Shown here one piece after another: positions 41,653 through 56,964 of a stretch of 64,000 nt of DNA (its first letter is position 1; each line of letters starts with the position of its first letter). Made by a program: the position numbers and the translations under genes. The notes beneath the pieces are model-generated. The model saw nothing but the letters and a program-made list of their open reading frames with translations, made no database searches and was not told the DNA's origin. This stretch comes from the human T2T-CHM13v2.0 reference genome, Homo sapiens, in assembly GCF_009914755.1 (NCBI RefSeq), contig NC_060927.1. The stretch is one strand, 5' to 3'.

Positions 41653-44600
41653 TTTTCTGGAAAAATGGAATTAAAAGATAAAAATAAAAAATATAAACTT
41701 TATTTCTCTATACCATCACCATCAAATTCATGACATTTTTTTAAGTGATGATACTAGCCATTTAGCCATCCCTAAAGGACTGAGGGTCCTGGTAAGTTAA
41801 CCATGTCTATACAGTCTTTCTACTTGTTAATAAAATAAAATGAGTGTCTTTTAAAGGTTTCTTAAGATTAGAAAACAAAAAGAAGTCAGAAGAAGTCAAA
41901 TCAGGACGGTAAGGTGGATACCTAATGAGTTCCCATCAAAACTCTTGCAAAATTGCCCTAGTTTGTTGAGAAGCATGAGCAGGAGCATTGTTGTGGTGGA
42001 GAAGGTCTCTCTGGTGATGTTTTCCAAGGTGGTGGTGTGCTAAAGCTTTGGCTAACTTTCTCAAAACACTCCTAAGAAGAAGATGTTATCATTCTTTGGT
42101 CCTCCAGAAAGTCAACAAGCAAAATGCCTTGAACATCCAAAGAAACTACTGCCATGACCTATGCTCTTGACAGTTCTGCTTTTCCTTTGACTGGACCATT
42201 TCTATCCCTTTGTAGCCATTGTTTCGAATGTGCTTTATCTTCAGCATTGTATCAGTAAAACCATGTTCCATTTTCTGTTACAATTCTTCAAATAAATGCT
42301 CCAGGATCTTGATCACACTTGTTTAAAATTTCCATTGAAAGCTCTGCTCTTGTCTGCAGCTGAGCTGAGCACAAAAGTTTGGCACCCATCCAGTAGAAAG
42401 CTTGTTCAACTTTAATTTTTCAAACAGAATGTGGTTGGAACCACTATCTATGGTGTATACTATTGTTTGTGTTGTTAATCCTTGGTCCTCTTCAATGAGG
42501 GCATGAACAAGATGAATTTTTTTCTTCCAAGTTGATAGGGATGGCCTGCCACTGCAGGCTTCATCCTCAAAATCATCTTGTCTCTTCTTAAAACAAATCA
42601 TCCATTTGTGAACTGCTGATTTCTTTGGGGCACCATCCCTATAACCTTTTGGTAAAGCATCAATGATTTCACCCAAGCATCATTATAAATTTGATGTTCA
42701 TATTGCTCTGATAGGGCTCTTTTCAAACTGATGTCTTATCCTTCTTATTATCTCAAAGTAGTTTCTGTTCAGACATGTTATAATTAGTACAAATTTATTT
42801 TGATGCAAAAAAAAATTTTAATCTATGCATAGTTTTTTCATAACACACATTTTCTATGAACTTGTGAAGAGCCCTCATACACCTCTCACTTACTTTGTAT
42901 AATTTACTTTAAAGCTGCAACCACACTCAAGGTGTGGATCACAGCTATCCTGGCCACGTGCAAGGAACAAAACAAAAAACGACTTTAAGATGGAAGATAT
43001 ATTAAAAATTAGGGCTGACTTAGAAGTGTAGAGCAGCTGTGTTTAATAAAAAATCATGAAACTAGGAAATAAAAGACCTAGGTTCAAGTTCTACCTCTGC
43101 TACTCAGTTGTGGTAGGACCTTGGTCAAGCTATTTAAGATTTCTAAGCCTAGTTTCCATATGTATAATTTAAGAACCATTCACTCATTCTCATGGTTTTT
43201 ATGGTATAGAGGGAGAGTTAAGTATTAAATAATCATACAACAAATGAATGAGGATTTGAAGACAACTAATATGGTCCTTTCAGAGAATAGAACAAAAGTA
43301 CCTGACCTCCTTCGTAGCAGGTGATGCTTCAACTTGGATTTGACAGATGAGTGGTCATTAATTCACTGAAAGGAGGAAGGAGTTAAGAGGAAGTATATTC
43401 TAGGAGAAGGTACCACCATGTTCAAAGGCTCCGTAGTGGCAGGAAGCATAGCTGGTTTGACGAAATGAAAAGAAGCCAGCAAAAATGGCCATTGAAAAGT
43501 TTAAAATATGGGAGTGAATGTTACAGGGTAGCTGTGAGATGATATGAAACAGGGCACAGAACATTTCTTTAAGTATGAAAGCACAAAATATATTAGGTGT
43601 TGATAGGATAAAAGTATACAAATCATCTAAAAGAACTCTTCCCCAACACAAAGGCACTGTCAAAACATTAGCTGGTGTTGTTCAGTGACTAGGGTACTCT
43701 GCTAATAAAGGCAGGAATGGAATAAAACATCACCACAGTGACTTTTTTCAAGTTGAAAATCTTGCAGCAGAAAGAACAAAAGATACAGGTTCACCACGCA
43801 TAAAAGAACCTGACTGTAGGGCAAACAAATGACAGAATTTGTCAGAAATCTCCACTGCAGAGCCACCAATGAATACCAACCTAGTTTGACACAGTACAGG
43901 TGAAATGCCAGAAGAGAAGCCCCCAGGTTGTGATCAAATGCAGCTGCTTGGAAACAATTCAAAATGCAAACAACAGACTTCCTGAACTCCTGGGTCAAGT
44001 TTCAACCACAGAAATTATAAGCTGACTTTGTCACAACAAAAATTTGTCCCACAAAATGGATATTTTCTTTCGAGCTTGCATGAAACTCAAAAAAAAAGGT
44101 ATCAATAGAATGGATAGGTCATTTGTCTCTCAAGAACACTGCTGGGGAAATTACTTATAAGACTTATAAATGAGGGTGATATAATGTCAGCTCTGATAAG
44201 GATATTAATTAAAAGAAAATTGACTGTTGACATTTCTGCAAGTTCAGACTATCAGATCAAACACAAACCCAAAGGAAGGGAGAAGGTCAAGGTGATATTC
44301 TATAAGCCAGAAAGTAGATTAAAAGTTTCTGGACAAGCTAAGATATATGAAATTGCAGACCTGTGGGCTTTTATGCTTATAGAAAATCTAAACTAGAACC
44401 ATCTACAACTTAAATTGGAAAGGAATTTGTAGAAACAATGTACTAGATAGCAATCAGCATGATAATACAGAGCACATCAATGTAAATTTCCTTTTTTGAC
44501 AAAGTGAAAGACCACATAAACAAAGGAGAAAAGGGGTATATAATCTATTATAACCTTAGCAATCTTTTCAATTCTGCCATGCAATACATAGTACCATATA

Positions 44601-44994
44601 AGATAAAAATCTAGATTTTTATAGTAATGAGATGACTGGAAAGTTATATGCAAAAAGTGGTTAACTAAACAACAGGATAATGTATACTACAATTTTAAAT
44701 ATATACAAAGCTATTTAAAAACTAATTGAATACTAATCAAAGCTTTGGAAAGAGAAACTAGAAGCAATTTGAAAAACCAGAAAGAAAAAGATGGATATAC
44801 TATGTCACCTATACATGAACACATTTCTGAATATCAAAAGCATAACCCCAAATAGAGATAAATTATAGATTGGGGAAAACATTGCCAAATAATATGGTAG
44901 ACATCAGATTACTATCTTAAATATACAACAAGGTCACTAAGATACCAATGAGAACAGGGGTAAAGAATGATAAAGACGACAGAATTAAGGCCTG

Positions 44995-46061
<1,067 letters not shown>

Positions 46062-46112
46062 AGCCTGGTTTCTAATGAGGTTTTGTTTAGGGTCATTGCT
46101 TTGATTCCTCTG

Positions 46113-46520
46113 TGTATTTGTTATCTATTGTCATATAAAAAATACCTGAAAACTAAGTAGCTTAAAACATTAAACATTTATTATCTTACAGCTTAGCAGC
46201 TTAGTTGGCTGGGGCAGCAGTCATCTGAAGGCTTGACTGGGGGTGGATGATCAGTTTCCATATGGTTCACACACATGGTTATGGGCAGGAGGCTTCAGTC
46301 TCACCACATAAACCTCCCCGTAGGCTGCCAGAACATCCTCACAACATGGAAGCTGATTTCCCCAGAATGAATGATCCAAGAAAGAGCAAGAGAAAGTCAC
46401 ACTATATTTTGTGACCTGGCCTCAGCAGTCACACACTGCCATTTCCACAATATCCTACTGATTACACAAATCAGCCCCATCCAGTGTGGGAGAGGACTAA
46501 ACTAGGGCTTGAATGTCATA
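46113..46520 (-). mobile_element. Old MLT1 (MaLR) LTR
   Basis: tgtatttgttatctattg...cttaaaacattaaacatttattatcttacag...gtcatctgaaggcttgactggggg. Confidence 0.7.
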
Positions 46521-47054
46521 AGACTAGCTACTGATTAATAATAGAAAATATAAATCTTTCTTTTTTCACTAAATATTTATTGAATATCTACAATGTGCCA
46601 TCGGGAGTTCTACCCTGGTAAAAACCAATTCAAAATGGTAAACCTCACAGTCACAGAAACCTCAAGTAATAATATCATATTTCAACACTGAGCAACAGTG
46701 AGATCTAAGAACTGCGCATTCAGGTTGCAGTCTCAACTCTTCATCCCTGAAACATCTATGGATCATTATGCCAATGGGAAGTTCATAACTTTATTTAATG
46801 GCCAGAAAACTGTTCATCTACATCGCAATACCTCAGCCCAACATCAGATCTTTCCCAAGCATGTCAACACAAATTTCCAAACAGAGATTGCAGCTCTCTA
46901 GCTAGGACCAACACAAGAATCATCAACCAATGTTTGAAAGACTCAGATGTGAAGCCTGTAGACATTTTCTAGATTGTTCCAAATTCATTTTATGTGCAAA
47001 AGATGATATTTCTAGCCCGCCACCCCTAGAGTGTGCATTTCACTTTGTCTACTA

Positions 47055-47600
47055 CCCAATCAACACATATTTGATGGAATGCCTGTTAGATTTTAGGCAG
47101 TAGACTAGTTGTTGGGAAACATATTTTGTCTTCATGGGAGAAATAGACAGTGAAGCAAAAATAAATAAATAAACAAACTGAATAATATGGCTCACGATAA
47201 ATGCCATAAAGCCAATAAGCAGAGGACTTGATAGCGAATGCTAAGAGAAGGGTAGCAGAAGTGGCCTGGGATGATTTTCTGAGATAATACTATATGCCGA
47301 GACCTTGGGGAGCTAGTCATTTTTAAAAGGCCAGAAAAAAGCACTCCAGGTCCAGCATTTCAGACTGATAAGTGCCAAGGTATAAAAATGCTTGGTAAGA
47401 GCTTGGATCTGTTGGATGACAGTTTGGCTGAAACAGGAAGCAAGGAGAGCATCCCTCAAACTGAGGTAATAGCAATAAGAGGCAGAAGACAAACTTTTCA
47501 GGGACTTAAGAGCTGTGATAAAGAGTTTGGGGTTTATGCTGAGTGTGATAGGGAACCAGCAAATGTTTTTCATCGGGCAAGTGGCAAGGTCAGATGTAAA
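47055..47600 (-). mobile_element. L2 fragment
   Basis: caatcaacacatatttgatggaatgcctgtt start followed by purine-rich L2 antisense body. Confidence 0.6.
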
Positions 47601-48068
47601 TTTGTAGTTTGTGGCATAGTCCATGAGACCTGTGGTTTGTGTGACAGCTGCCAGAGAGCACCAAGGGCAGTCAGGGCAAAGGAACCAAGCGGCTGATTTT
47701 GCCCATAGAAAGATAAGACCCTTGGCCTTATCTTCATTTGAACAGTGCCATTTTTATTGGGGACTGAAATAAATGCATCTGTTGCTACTGATGGTTAGTT
47801 TGTCCTCATTTGCTGAAAGGGAAAGGTCTCTTCATGACTCATCCACAAATCCTGCTGATCCTCCTAATTAAAAAGTTTTCAAACAAGTTGATACATTACT
47901 TATTAAGAGCCCAGACACACCAGGCATAAATCCTTCCTGCCATCCATATGTATGCCAGGACTTCACTGCTGTATCTTTCATCATTATGAGGGATATCCTT
48001 CAATATAATTTTCATGACACCATCTGCCATGTTCTTCTCTCAACTTTTTTTGGTGGGGTGACAACTCA

Positions 48069-48578
<510 letters not shown>

Positions 48579-48849
48579 TCAGCAAATTAATTCTTGCATT
48601 CTTTTAAAACATTGCACGTTTTCATCAGTATAATTGGTTATGTGTTGCAAACTATTAAAGGTGGAAAGAGCAATTCTTAAAATTAAACTCTCTCTCCATT
48701 CACCTTCACCTTATGTATCCAAGACCTTTAAAGTTCCACCTCCTCTGAGATGACTTCTCTAATGAATCCAACCACATGGTTTATTCACATTATGTGACAT
48801 TATATGTGGCCTCTGGCATGAAACCATTAGCAAATAAGCATGGATCTAA

Positions 48850-49365
48850 TTTGTTTTTTTATATATCTCCACCCAAAATAAATAAATAAATAAACAGAGA
48901 CAAGGACTTAGGTGCAAGGAGTTTATTTTGGAGATACCCCCAGGAAGCAGCAGTTAGGGAATGGGGAGATTGAAACAAAGAGGTAGGAAGAAACCATAAG
49001 AGGTGCTGTTCACCACCATGGGCAAGTGGTGCTCGATGCAGCTGGGGACTAATTCTTGAGTGACAGGTAGGATGTACCTAAGAATTTCCTTCTAAGGGAC
49101 AGGAGGTTAAGGAATCTATCATATTTTCTAGTGGTTGAAGTTTGCCTCTGGAGCATCAATTTTCCAAAGTTCTGTGCTACCCAAAAGGCAGATCAAGCCA
49201 GCTCCTGGGCCTTTGGAAAAAGTCTTGAGGCAGAAGTGCAGAGGGGTGGGAGGTGCTTAAAGTGGGATGACGTCATTTTGCATGGGAACTGTCCAGCACA
49301 GCTATAGTGGAAATTAGTGGTGGATCAAGAGATTGTAGCAGAGGGCACAAAAAGTGTCTATTTCA
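48850..49365 (-). mobile_element. LTR16-like ERVL solo LTR
   Basis: gagacaaggacttaggtgcaaggagtttattttggagatacccccaggaagc resembles the LTR16 family. Confidence 0.6.
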
Positions 49366-49677
49366 GCATAAAAACTGTGTTGTTAATTAAAAATAAAATT
49401 TTGTTTAAAATGATGTTTTTAACAATATCACTGAAGATATAAACACTCATTTCTCTTAGTGTCATAGAGAGACTGACTGATCAGCTGACTCAGTCTGAGA
49501 ATGCCCAAGTATTAAATGAGCACTTGTCGAACACTAGTTGAGCAGTATGAAGCAATGCACAAGTTAAAGTCAAGATGCCCAACTCTCAAGGAGCTTGCAA
49601 TCTTACAGGGATTATCAACATTCACAAACAAACTAACACATAACTGGTAGTTCTGACTACAAAGGCAGAAAAAGTGA

Positions 49678-49920
49678 GAGACAGCATCATGTAGCGGTTA
49701 AAAGCTTCCACTCTGGAGTCAGAGAGACCTAGGTTTAAAATTAATCTAGGATTTGCAGTGTGATCTTGGACAAGGGTCTTAATCTCTCTGTGTCACAATT
49801 TCTTCATCTGATGGTTAGAAAAATAACTATCTGCTTCATGGAGTTGTCTGAAAAGTAAATGCAAGTAAAGCACTAATCACAGCACCCGGCACATAAATAT
49901 TCATTAAATGTCAGTTGTTT
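49678..49920 (+). mobile_element. MIR SINE
   Basis: cagcatcatgtagcggttaaaagc...ctctggagtcagagagacctaggttt...gtaaagcactaatcacagcacccggcacata. Confidence 0.8.
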
Positions 49921-51489
49921 TGTGAAAATTAAAGAGAAACGTAACAGTAGAATGGGATTTAAAGAAGAGAAGTATCTCCTTGTCAGACTCTTTCTCTTTC
50001 TTAAATATGAATTTTCTATAGCCTCTGGCCCCTGTTCTAGTACCATTTTCCCTTTTTTAAAAGTTTCATTTTCTAAAAAAGAACTACTTATATTAAGATT
50101 GGGAGGCCAGTATTAAAAGATGTGGAAATATAGCACAAAATGCACGAGCTTTGGAGCAATACTAGCCAATTTTAAATCCATGTATCTTGCCACTGAATGA
50201 CCTTGGGTAAATCTCTTAAGCACACTGCCACTCAGTTTTCTCATCTACAAAATGGGAGCAATATAACCTGTCACTGTGAAGAGTAAAGGAATGTCTCTGG
50301 AGGATTTCCAACACATTTTAGATCCTCAAAAGTATTGATTGCTATTACTCACTATTGATTCAGTAGACACTTACTAGGCACCTACTATGTATAAAGCACT
50401 GTACTAGGTTCTACAGAATAACAAGACAGACATAAATAAGATATGGGTCCAACAGTCAAAAGTGTTACAGGTTAAACTTATTAATACATAAAAAAATCTA
50501 GATGTTTGAAATGACTCAAATTAATAAGTTACCTGAATATCAAATGTTACTATCCTAATTTCAAAGACAGGAAAGGAGACAGGGAGGAAGAGAGAGGGGG
50601 AGGGAGGTGGGGAAGGAGGAAACTAAGCTGGTTATCTCTGAGACAGAGTTTGCAGAAATACAAGATGATGAGATCTGTTTAAATTCACATCTGCTATAGG
50701 ATACTCAGAAGTCTACAATGTGAACTGAACTCAGAGAAGATTTCTCCCATGAGGCTAAGAATGTATAAGGCCAACTCTACCAACCCTGAACCTGCAACAT
50801 ATAACAATGCTGCTCTATCCCAAACTTCTAATCCAGGTGAAACCAGGATGAAATGACTGTCATTGACACCCTGGAAGGGAAATGAGTTTGAGTAGAGATG
50901 AGAAAAATTAATATGGTGATGATGGGATCATTCTACTGGCTGGAATGCATGTAAGGCCTCATCTCTTTCCTAAGTCACTGTCTTACCAAACCAGAATGGG
51001 GGGATTCCAAAAAGAGCAGGATCTAAGCTAGCACCCCAAGTTTATTAAACTCAAGAATGGCTCTCAAGATGAGCATGGTCTTCACAAGTATATACTTCTC
51101 CTTGGTTCAACAAGTATCCCTTCCTCACACTTGCAGAATACTTTATAGTTCACAAAGCACTTTAATGACATTTAATGTCCATCATCTCACTTAACTCTCA
51201 GGACAGCCCTTTGTGTTTAGTTTCCATTTTGTAGACGAACAAACTGAAACTTGGGAAGCTTAAGCAACCGGTTTGAGGTCCCATACCAAGATGCAGAGGA
51301 GCCTGGACTGAAACTCAAGTCCTCTGGTTCCATTTCCAGGGCATTTTCCACACTTGTGTACAGCCTCTGAGAAAAGGGAAGGTTGCATCAATGAAATTGG
51401 AAGGCAGTAATTGGAAGCCATTTTCCTCTGACTTAGAGACCTGAGGCATCTCTGTCAAATAAAAATTCCCAACTAAAAAACTGGTGGTA

Positions 51490-51613
51490 AGCCGGGCATA
51501 GTGGCACAAGCCTGTAGTCCCAGCCACTCAGGAAGCTGAGGGAGGAGGATCACTTGAGACCAGGAGTTCAAGGCCAGCCTAGGCAACCTAGCGAGACGTC
51601 ATTTCTAAACAAA

Positions 51614-51616
<3 letters not shown>
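51490..51616 (+). mobile_element. FLAM (free left Alu monomer)
   Basis: gccgggcatagtggcacaagcctgtagtcccagc...ggaggatcacttgagaccaggagttcaagg; single monomer. Confidence 0.85.
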
Positions 51617-51654
<38 letters not shown>

Positions 51655-51662
51655 GCACGCAC
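51617..51662 (+). repeat. (CA)n/(CACG)n microsatellite from the FLAM tail
   Basis: Read directly. Confidence 0.95.
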
Positions 51663-52519
51663 ATGAAAAAATTGGTGTCTCTGAATCTGTGCTATCCCTC
51701 CAGATCCTCAGATGTGAAATCCTTAAATCCTTTATGAACATGGAGCCTACTCCATGAAGAGCACCATTAGATTCAAGATAGTAAAATTCATTCGAAACTA
51801 ATTGGTGAGTAATGAAGTTGCTAAAGTTTATGAGCCTTGCACCAACACTAATACAGAGGTACAGTGTCAACAATAAAATTGTAATCACTGACAAAACTAG
51901 CCTTCATGCAGAAAAGGGAAGCCTTTTCCTTTTCCCTTGGCCTGTAGACAATAGCATTAGACAATTTTTGGAGTGACAAGATCACTTCCTCCTGCCTAGT
52001 TTTAAAGAGTGACCACAAGGAACAGCTTCGCCCTTAGAAATAACTTTTGATTATTTGATAATGGAAAGGAAAAAAAGTGTACAACTCTCCTCTAGTTAAA
52101 TTTCAAGCATTTAGAGAAGTGGATATGTCTATATCACAACATATCCTGAAAAACAGCCATGGCCATACACAAGAGAATAATACAGTGCCCCTTTGTACTC
52201 CTGTCTACACAGGCAGTTGTCTGCTACCAAAGAGGGGTTCCAGAAGAAAATGTTATTTGGGGCAGAAAAGACTGGCCTCCCGCCCCCCAACAGATCTATA
52301 AGAATATGTTAACCTCCTGTGCAACTCCCAGAGAGCTGAATGGATAAATACACTGAGTACTCAGTAAAATCTACCTCAAAACAATTATTCTGGTTTTTGC
52401 TTAGTTAGTATTTGTTCTTCCTAATTGTATTAAGAGAACCAGTTGTTTCCAGAGGTCAGTCCTGGAGAATGCCAGCAAGCCCTGGGATCTTTATTGGCTG
52501 GGATCTTCATGTTGGCTCT

Positions 52520-53310
52520 GATGCTACACTGACCAACAAAGTTACCACAGGTCTCACACAGCTATTGAGCACTGAAATAGGGCCAGTCCAAGTGGCATGG
52601 ACTGTGTGCAGACAAAGTGACTCCATATTAAATGTTAATAGCTATGTTGACTTATTAACCTCAGTCCCAGGAATGCTTTCTGATTCCCACTCTATTTACT
52701 GTCCTCAATGTGAGAACATGTACTTGCTATAAATCCCGCCTTTACATCAAAGCAACCTTGATGTTATTGCACAAATTATAGGCTATGATGCACATAGCAT
52801 TCTTGCCTTTTCTGGAGGGCTGCCTTTAATTGGCTATAGAGCACATATGCCCTTTCTCTGTGGTATATAAGCTCCTGGTCTGAGGAGTAATGGTGTGGAG
52901 ATCTACCTGTCTTGCTGCCACCCAAGACCATGAGGCAAGTTCCCCAGTAAATCACCCTTTACTAGCAAACTGGATTTGTCTGCCTCATTCTTTGGTTTCT
53001 CAGCTCCTTCTGTGCTTGGTGGTCACTTTGCATATGTGGCCTTTTCACAGAACAGACTATACATGTCAAATACACATCAGATTTTGAAGATTTAGAATAA
53101 AAATAATAACATTGGTAATTTCTATACTGATTCCATGTAAAAATGGTAGTAGTTTGGAGGGATTGTTTTAGTAAAATACATTACAAAATATATATTTTTA
53201 AAAATAATTTCACCTGTTTCTTTTCACCCTAAATAATATATGTACTAGAAAATTTAAAATTACAAATGTAGTTCACATGTTTGAATTACATTATATTTTT
53301 ATAGGGCTCT
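52520..53310. mobile_element. MER33-like hAT-Charlie element, interrupted by an LTR
   Basis: gctattgagcactgaaat before the LTR; caaatacacatcagattttgaagatttag...ttcacctgtttctttt...actagaaaatttaaaattacaaatgt after it. Confidence 0.75.
52605..53054 (+). mobile_element. LTR47-like ERVL solo LTR
   Basis: TG...CA termini; TSD gactg and gacta; TATATAA at 52864-52870; AGTAAA at 52946-52951. Confidence 0.8.
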
Positions 53311-56300
53311 AATGCTCTGGAGGACACATCCTTATTCTCCAAGATCTCTATCAAGTCATTTAGGTAAGTTTAATAGAAGAGGTATAAATGCCATGTTTTA
53401 ATGACCCTGAATTTGGGTAAGTTAGAAAGTGCTTACTTGCTGTCCAAGGTTCTTTGAAAGTAGAAAGATGCAAAACAGTGTGCTTGTTTGCCTGGTTGTT
53501 TTGGGCAGTTTGATCTCTCATTGTCTCTGGTAGGAACAGTGTCTGTTTAACTGATCTGTAGGGATTCAGCATTGTGTGATGGGGCATGTGGGTGTTTAAC
53601 TGTAACACTTGAGAAGAATGCTTACAGCTCAGCTGTTAGAATCTCGTGCTAAGGAATCTAAGGTTAAGGGTTGAATCCCCAGCCAGACACACTTAGCTCA
53701 GCTTTTTTTGTGGACCAGGCATGCACTCCCCACCTGGGCTTGCTTTCTTGCAAATGTCCATTCTTGGTTACAATAGGGGCCAGTGAAATAATGGTGCTGT
53801 ACACTTATCAAATCCATCAACACCACTCCAAAAAGCAGCTCAGCTTCATCCTTCAGGGGAACAGCATCACCTGTACCACCTTTTCATATAAAGGAAAGCA
53901 TATTATTTTCCTGTGTTAAAAAAGAAGGTTTTTTTTAAAGCGATACCTGTTACAAGTTTCAAAAGCCAAGCAAAGGTAAAAACATAAAAAGTATTGTGTT
54001 TGCTCCCTCATTTGCTTCCAGAAAAACCATTCTTAAGCTATAAAGGTCCAGATTTGGGTAAGCTAAATCCTGCCCATCTAGGAGATTTAGAAGATCATAG
54101 AGAAACATATTTATGCTTCTTATTTTTCATAAACTTACTATTAAGAAACTCAGTATATTAGATTCTTGCATGACTTGTATCCCTCAAATTTCCAAGAGGA
54201 ATTGGCCAGCAGTGCTGTGTAACAGAAGCCAGAGTCCAGAGATTCAGGCCACAGGCTGACTCTGCACCAATGGCTATGTGGAATGGGACAGTTCATCTCC
54301 GTCTCTGGTTCTGTGTGTCCCCCTCTGTAAAAGCAGAGTTTGTACTTACATTTAGTCTAATTCTATAGTTTCAAAGCACCCTAGTTGACCACCTTGAAAG
54401 GCCAAATCAAACATTCATGTTTCTCAAGTCTACTTTTTTTGTTGGTTTGTTTCTCTTCAAGAGCAATAGAGGTGATGCCTCAGAATTTGGCCGACCTTCA
54501 TTTTAAACAGCTGTGCCAGGCAGCTTTGGAATGGGCTCCTGTCTCCAGTGGCTTTTGCACCTGCAATCTGGCTGGCTCGAGCTTTCTGTTTCCCGCCTGC
54601 CCCGGCAGCAGGCTAGGAGTAAGAGCAGTTGCCTATGACGTTCTCTGAACCTCCTGCTCCAGGCGACTGAGCCAGGAGATACCTAAGGGGCTTGTCAACA
54701 CCTAATGCTGTCTCTCCTTCTCCTTGGCTCCAAACACTGTTCTGGGTATTGCCTCGCTGGGCCTGGCTAAAGCTCTGTCTTCTGAAGTGAAGGTTGACCT
54801 TTTATTAAATACTAACCCTACAAGAAAAGTAGAATAAACTAGTCCCATTGTAACTTGCCAAGATTAATACATCCATAGAATTGGGGCAGGAGATAACACC
54901 GAATGTGTACTACAGACTAGATATTGTTAAGTAGTATATTTCTAATTTAATCTTTAATCTTTATAATAAGCCTATGTAATAGATAGGCACTATGATTATT
55001 GCCAATTTACAGATGTGGAAACTGTGGGTTAGAGAAATAAGGTAACTTTCCCATAGACTTATAGCTATTAAGTGACAGAGGTAGGATTTAGAGATAGGTA
55101 GATCCACTTGAGTCCAGAGCTTATAGAGGTACCTACCTTACCAACAGGACGGCTTTTTGGAATTCATTTCGATAAAAAAAAAATCAAGTTGGATATGACG
55201 GACTTGATCATTTCTTCTGCCTGAGATGCCTAACACATCTAAAAGAGCTGTACGTTAGTTCATGTTATTGAAAAGCAGCCACCAAGACAGGCTAGATGTC
55301 ACTATTTCTGAGCCTCCTTCTACTCCTCTTGTTTTTTTCCTTTTTTAGGAGGGAAAGACTGGCGGAAAGAGAAATACACAAACCTCAGAAGGGAGCAGAC
55401 AATTCACACATTTCTACAGTTTAACCTTCAGTGCCAGTAAGTGTCAGGTAGTAGAGCTTCAGGTATGCCCCAAAAGTCTCCTTGCAAGGAACTGAGAAAC
55501 CTGGAACATTTCTGCGTTTATGCTTATCCACCTATTTCTATCCTCTAAATTCATTTGATATCTGCTCTTCCTTTCAAAGGTAATTCAGATCACACCATAG
55601 CACCACGGACCATAAATCATTCTGAACAGAACTCTGTTTCTGGGGCACATCAATGTTCATTCAAGGGATCGTGCTTTAGAAACTAACCACCAATATGTAT
55701 TTCAGTAATCTACTCCAATACTTATAATGTGACACAAAGAACAATCTTCAGCCTTCACCACTTCCTCAACACCACATTTTGCTCAGCTTTCCAGAACTGC
55801 CTTTGGAATCTCATCTTATAGGAGGGAGCTTATATGCACCAGAAAAGATAATGAGCAATCCTGTTTACCAGAAACTCATCTAGGAAAACAGCTAAGGAAA
55901 GAGGATGAAGCTTATTAATAAGCCCCAATTCTCAGCTTTGACTGCGTTAGATATATCAAGTTCACTGGAACCTTACTAGGTATCCTAGTCTCAGCCACTG
56001 TATTTCTCAGGTCTGGGACATATCTCTGAGCCTTTCCCCTATGCTGATGTTGGTTTATCAGGTAGTGCCTGCCAACAGCCTATGGCTCATGCTAAAAATA
56101 ATTGAGAGTTGCTCAATTATTTCTAGAGAGGCAGCTGGTGTAGTGGAAAGAACACTGACTGATAATAACAGCTATTGTTTACTCACTTCATGCAAGACAT
56201 TTTACAAGCATTATCTCCATTCTGCTGATAACCTAAGGAAATAGGTATGATTGCCCCCATTTTTTACCTGAGTCAGTTAAAGATTAGAGAATATCCATGA

Positions 56301-56694
56301 TTTACCCAAGGCCTCAAGTTTATTGTCCAACAGATCCATGATGTGAATTGAACTCTCTCTCTGATTCCATATAATTCTGATGTATCATTACTGCCTCCAA
56401 ATAGAAGGCAGAAAACTTGGTCAGAGTCCTAGAATTGCCACCTGGGTGGCCTATAACAAACCTTAATTTCACTCTGGATCTTAATTAGCTCAGCTACAGA
56501 ATGGAAATAATGCTATTGAGTCTTAGGTGAGGATGCAGTCCTAAGAGTCAAATAGCCTGGGTTAAAACCTAGTCCCAAGCTTACCAGATGCATGACCTTG
56601 AAGAAGTAAATTAGCTTTACTTTTAACATGGAAATAATAGCAACAACTACCCCAATAGATATTGAGTAGATTAAACAAATTAAAACATGCCAAA

Positions 56695-56734
56695 TGTATT
56701 AGTCAGGGTTCTCTAGAGGGACAGAGCTAATGGA
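56695..56734 (-). mobile_element. MLT2A-like (HERVL) LTR terminal fragment
   Basis: tgtattagtcagggttctctagagggacagagctaatgga matches the MLT2A end. Confidence 0.75.
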
Positions 56735-56772
56735 ATATATATATGTATGTATGTATGTATATATATATACAC

Positions 56773-56803
<31 letters not shown>

Positions 56804-56855
56804 CACATACATATATATATACACATACATATATATATATAGAGGGAGAGGAGTA

Positions 56856-56887
<32 letters not shown>

Positions 56888-56932
56888 ATATATATATAAT
56901 ATATATATATAAAATATATATAATATATGAAT
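56735..56932. repeat. Compound (TA)/(TATG)/(CATA)/(TG)n microsatellite
   Basis: Read directly. Confidence 0.95.
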
Positions 56933-56964
56933 ATACCTTGCATTTATATATGAAAAAAACAGAA

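Larger units (their letters stand above)
39815..42877 (-). mobile_element. Hsmar2 mariner DNA transposon, full length, split by an L1
   Basis: Right TIR cattttctatgaacttgtgaagagccctca plus TA (42878-42879); left TIR TA plus aaaagggactttaaaaaatttgtggaa, resuming at aaatggaattaaaag (~41663); decayed transposase GEIIDAL...KKSAVHKW...SGRPS, a WVP motif, and YPPYRPDLTSSDF (YSPDL-like, ~41885-41922). Confidence 0.9.

Noticed and set aside
42323-42676. Mariner transposase ORF as an active or domesticated gene (SETMAR-like)
   Set aside because: It is Hsmar2-type, frameshifted after the WVP motif and has deletions near the start; no long intact frame.
54500-54780. GC-richer patch with a TGACGT (CRE-like) motif
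   Set aside because: Too short and CpG-poor for an island; a single motif is expected by chance.
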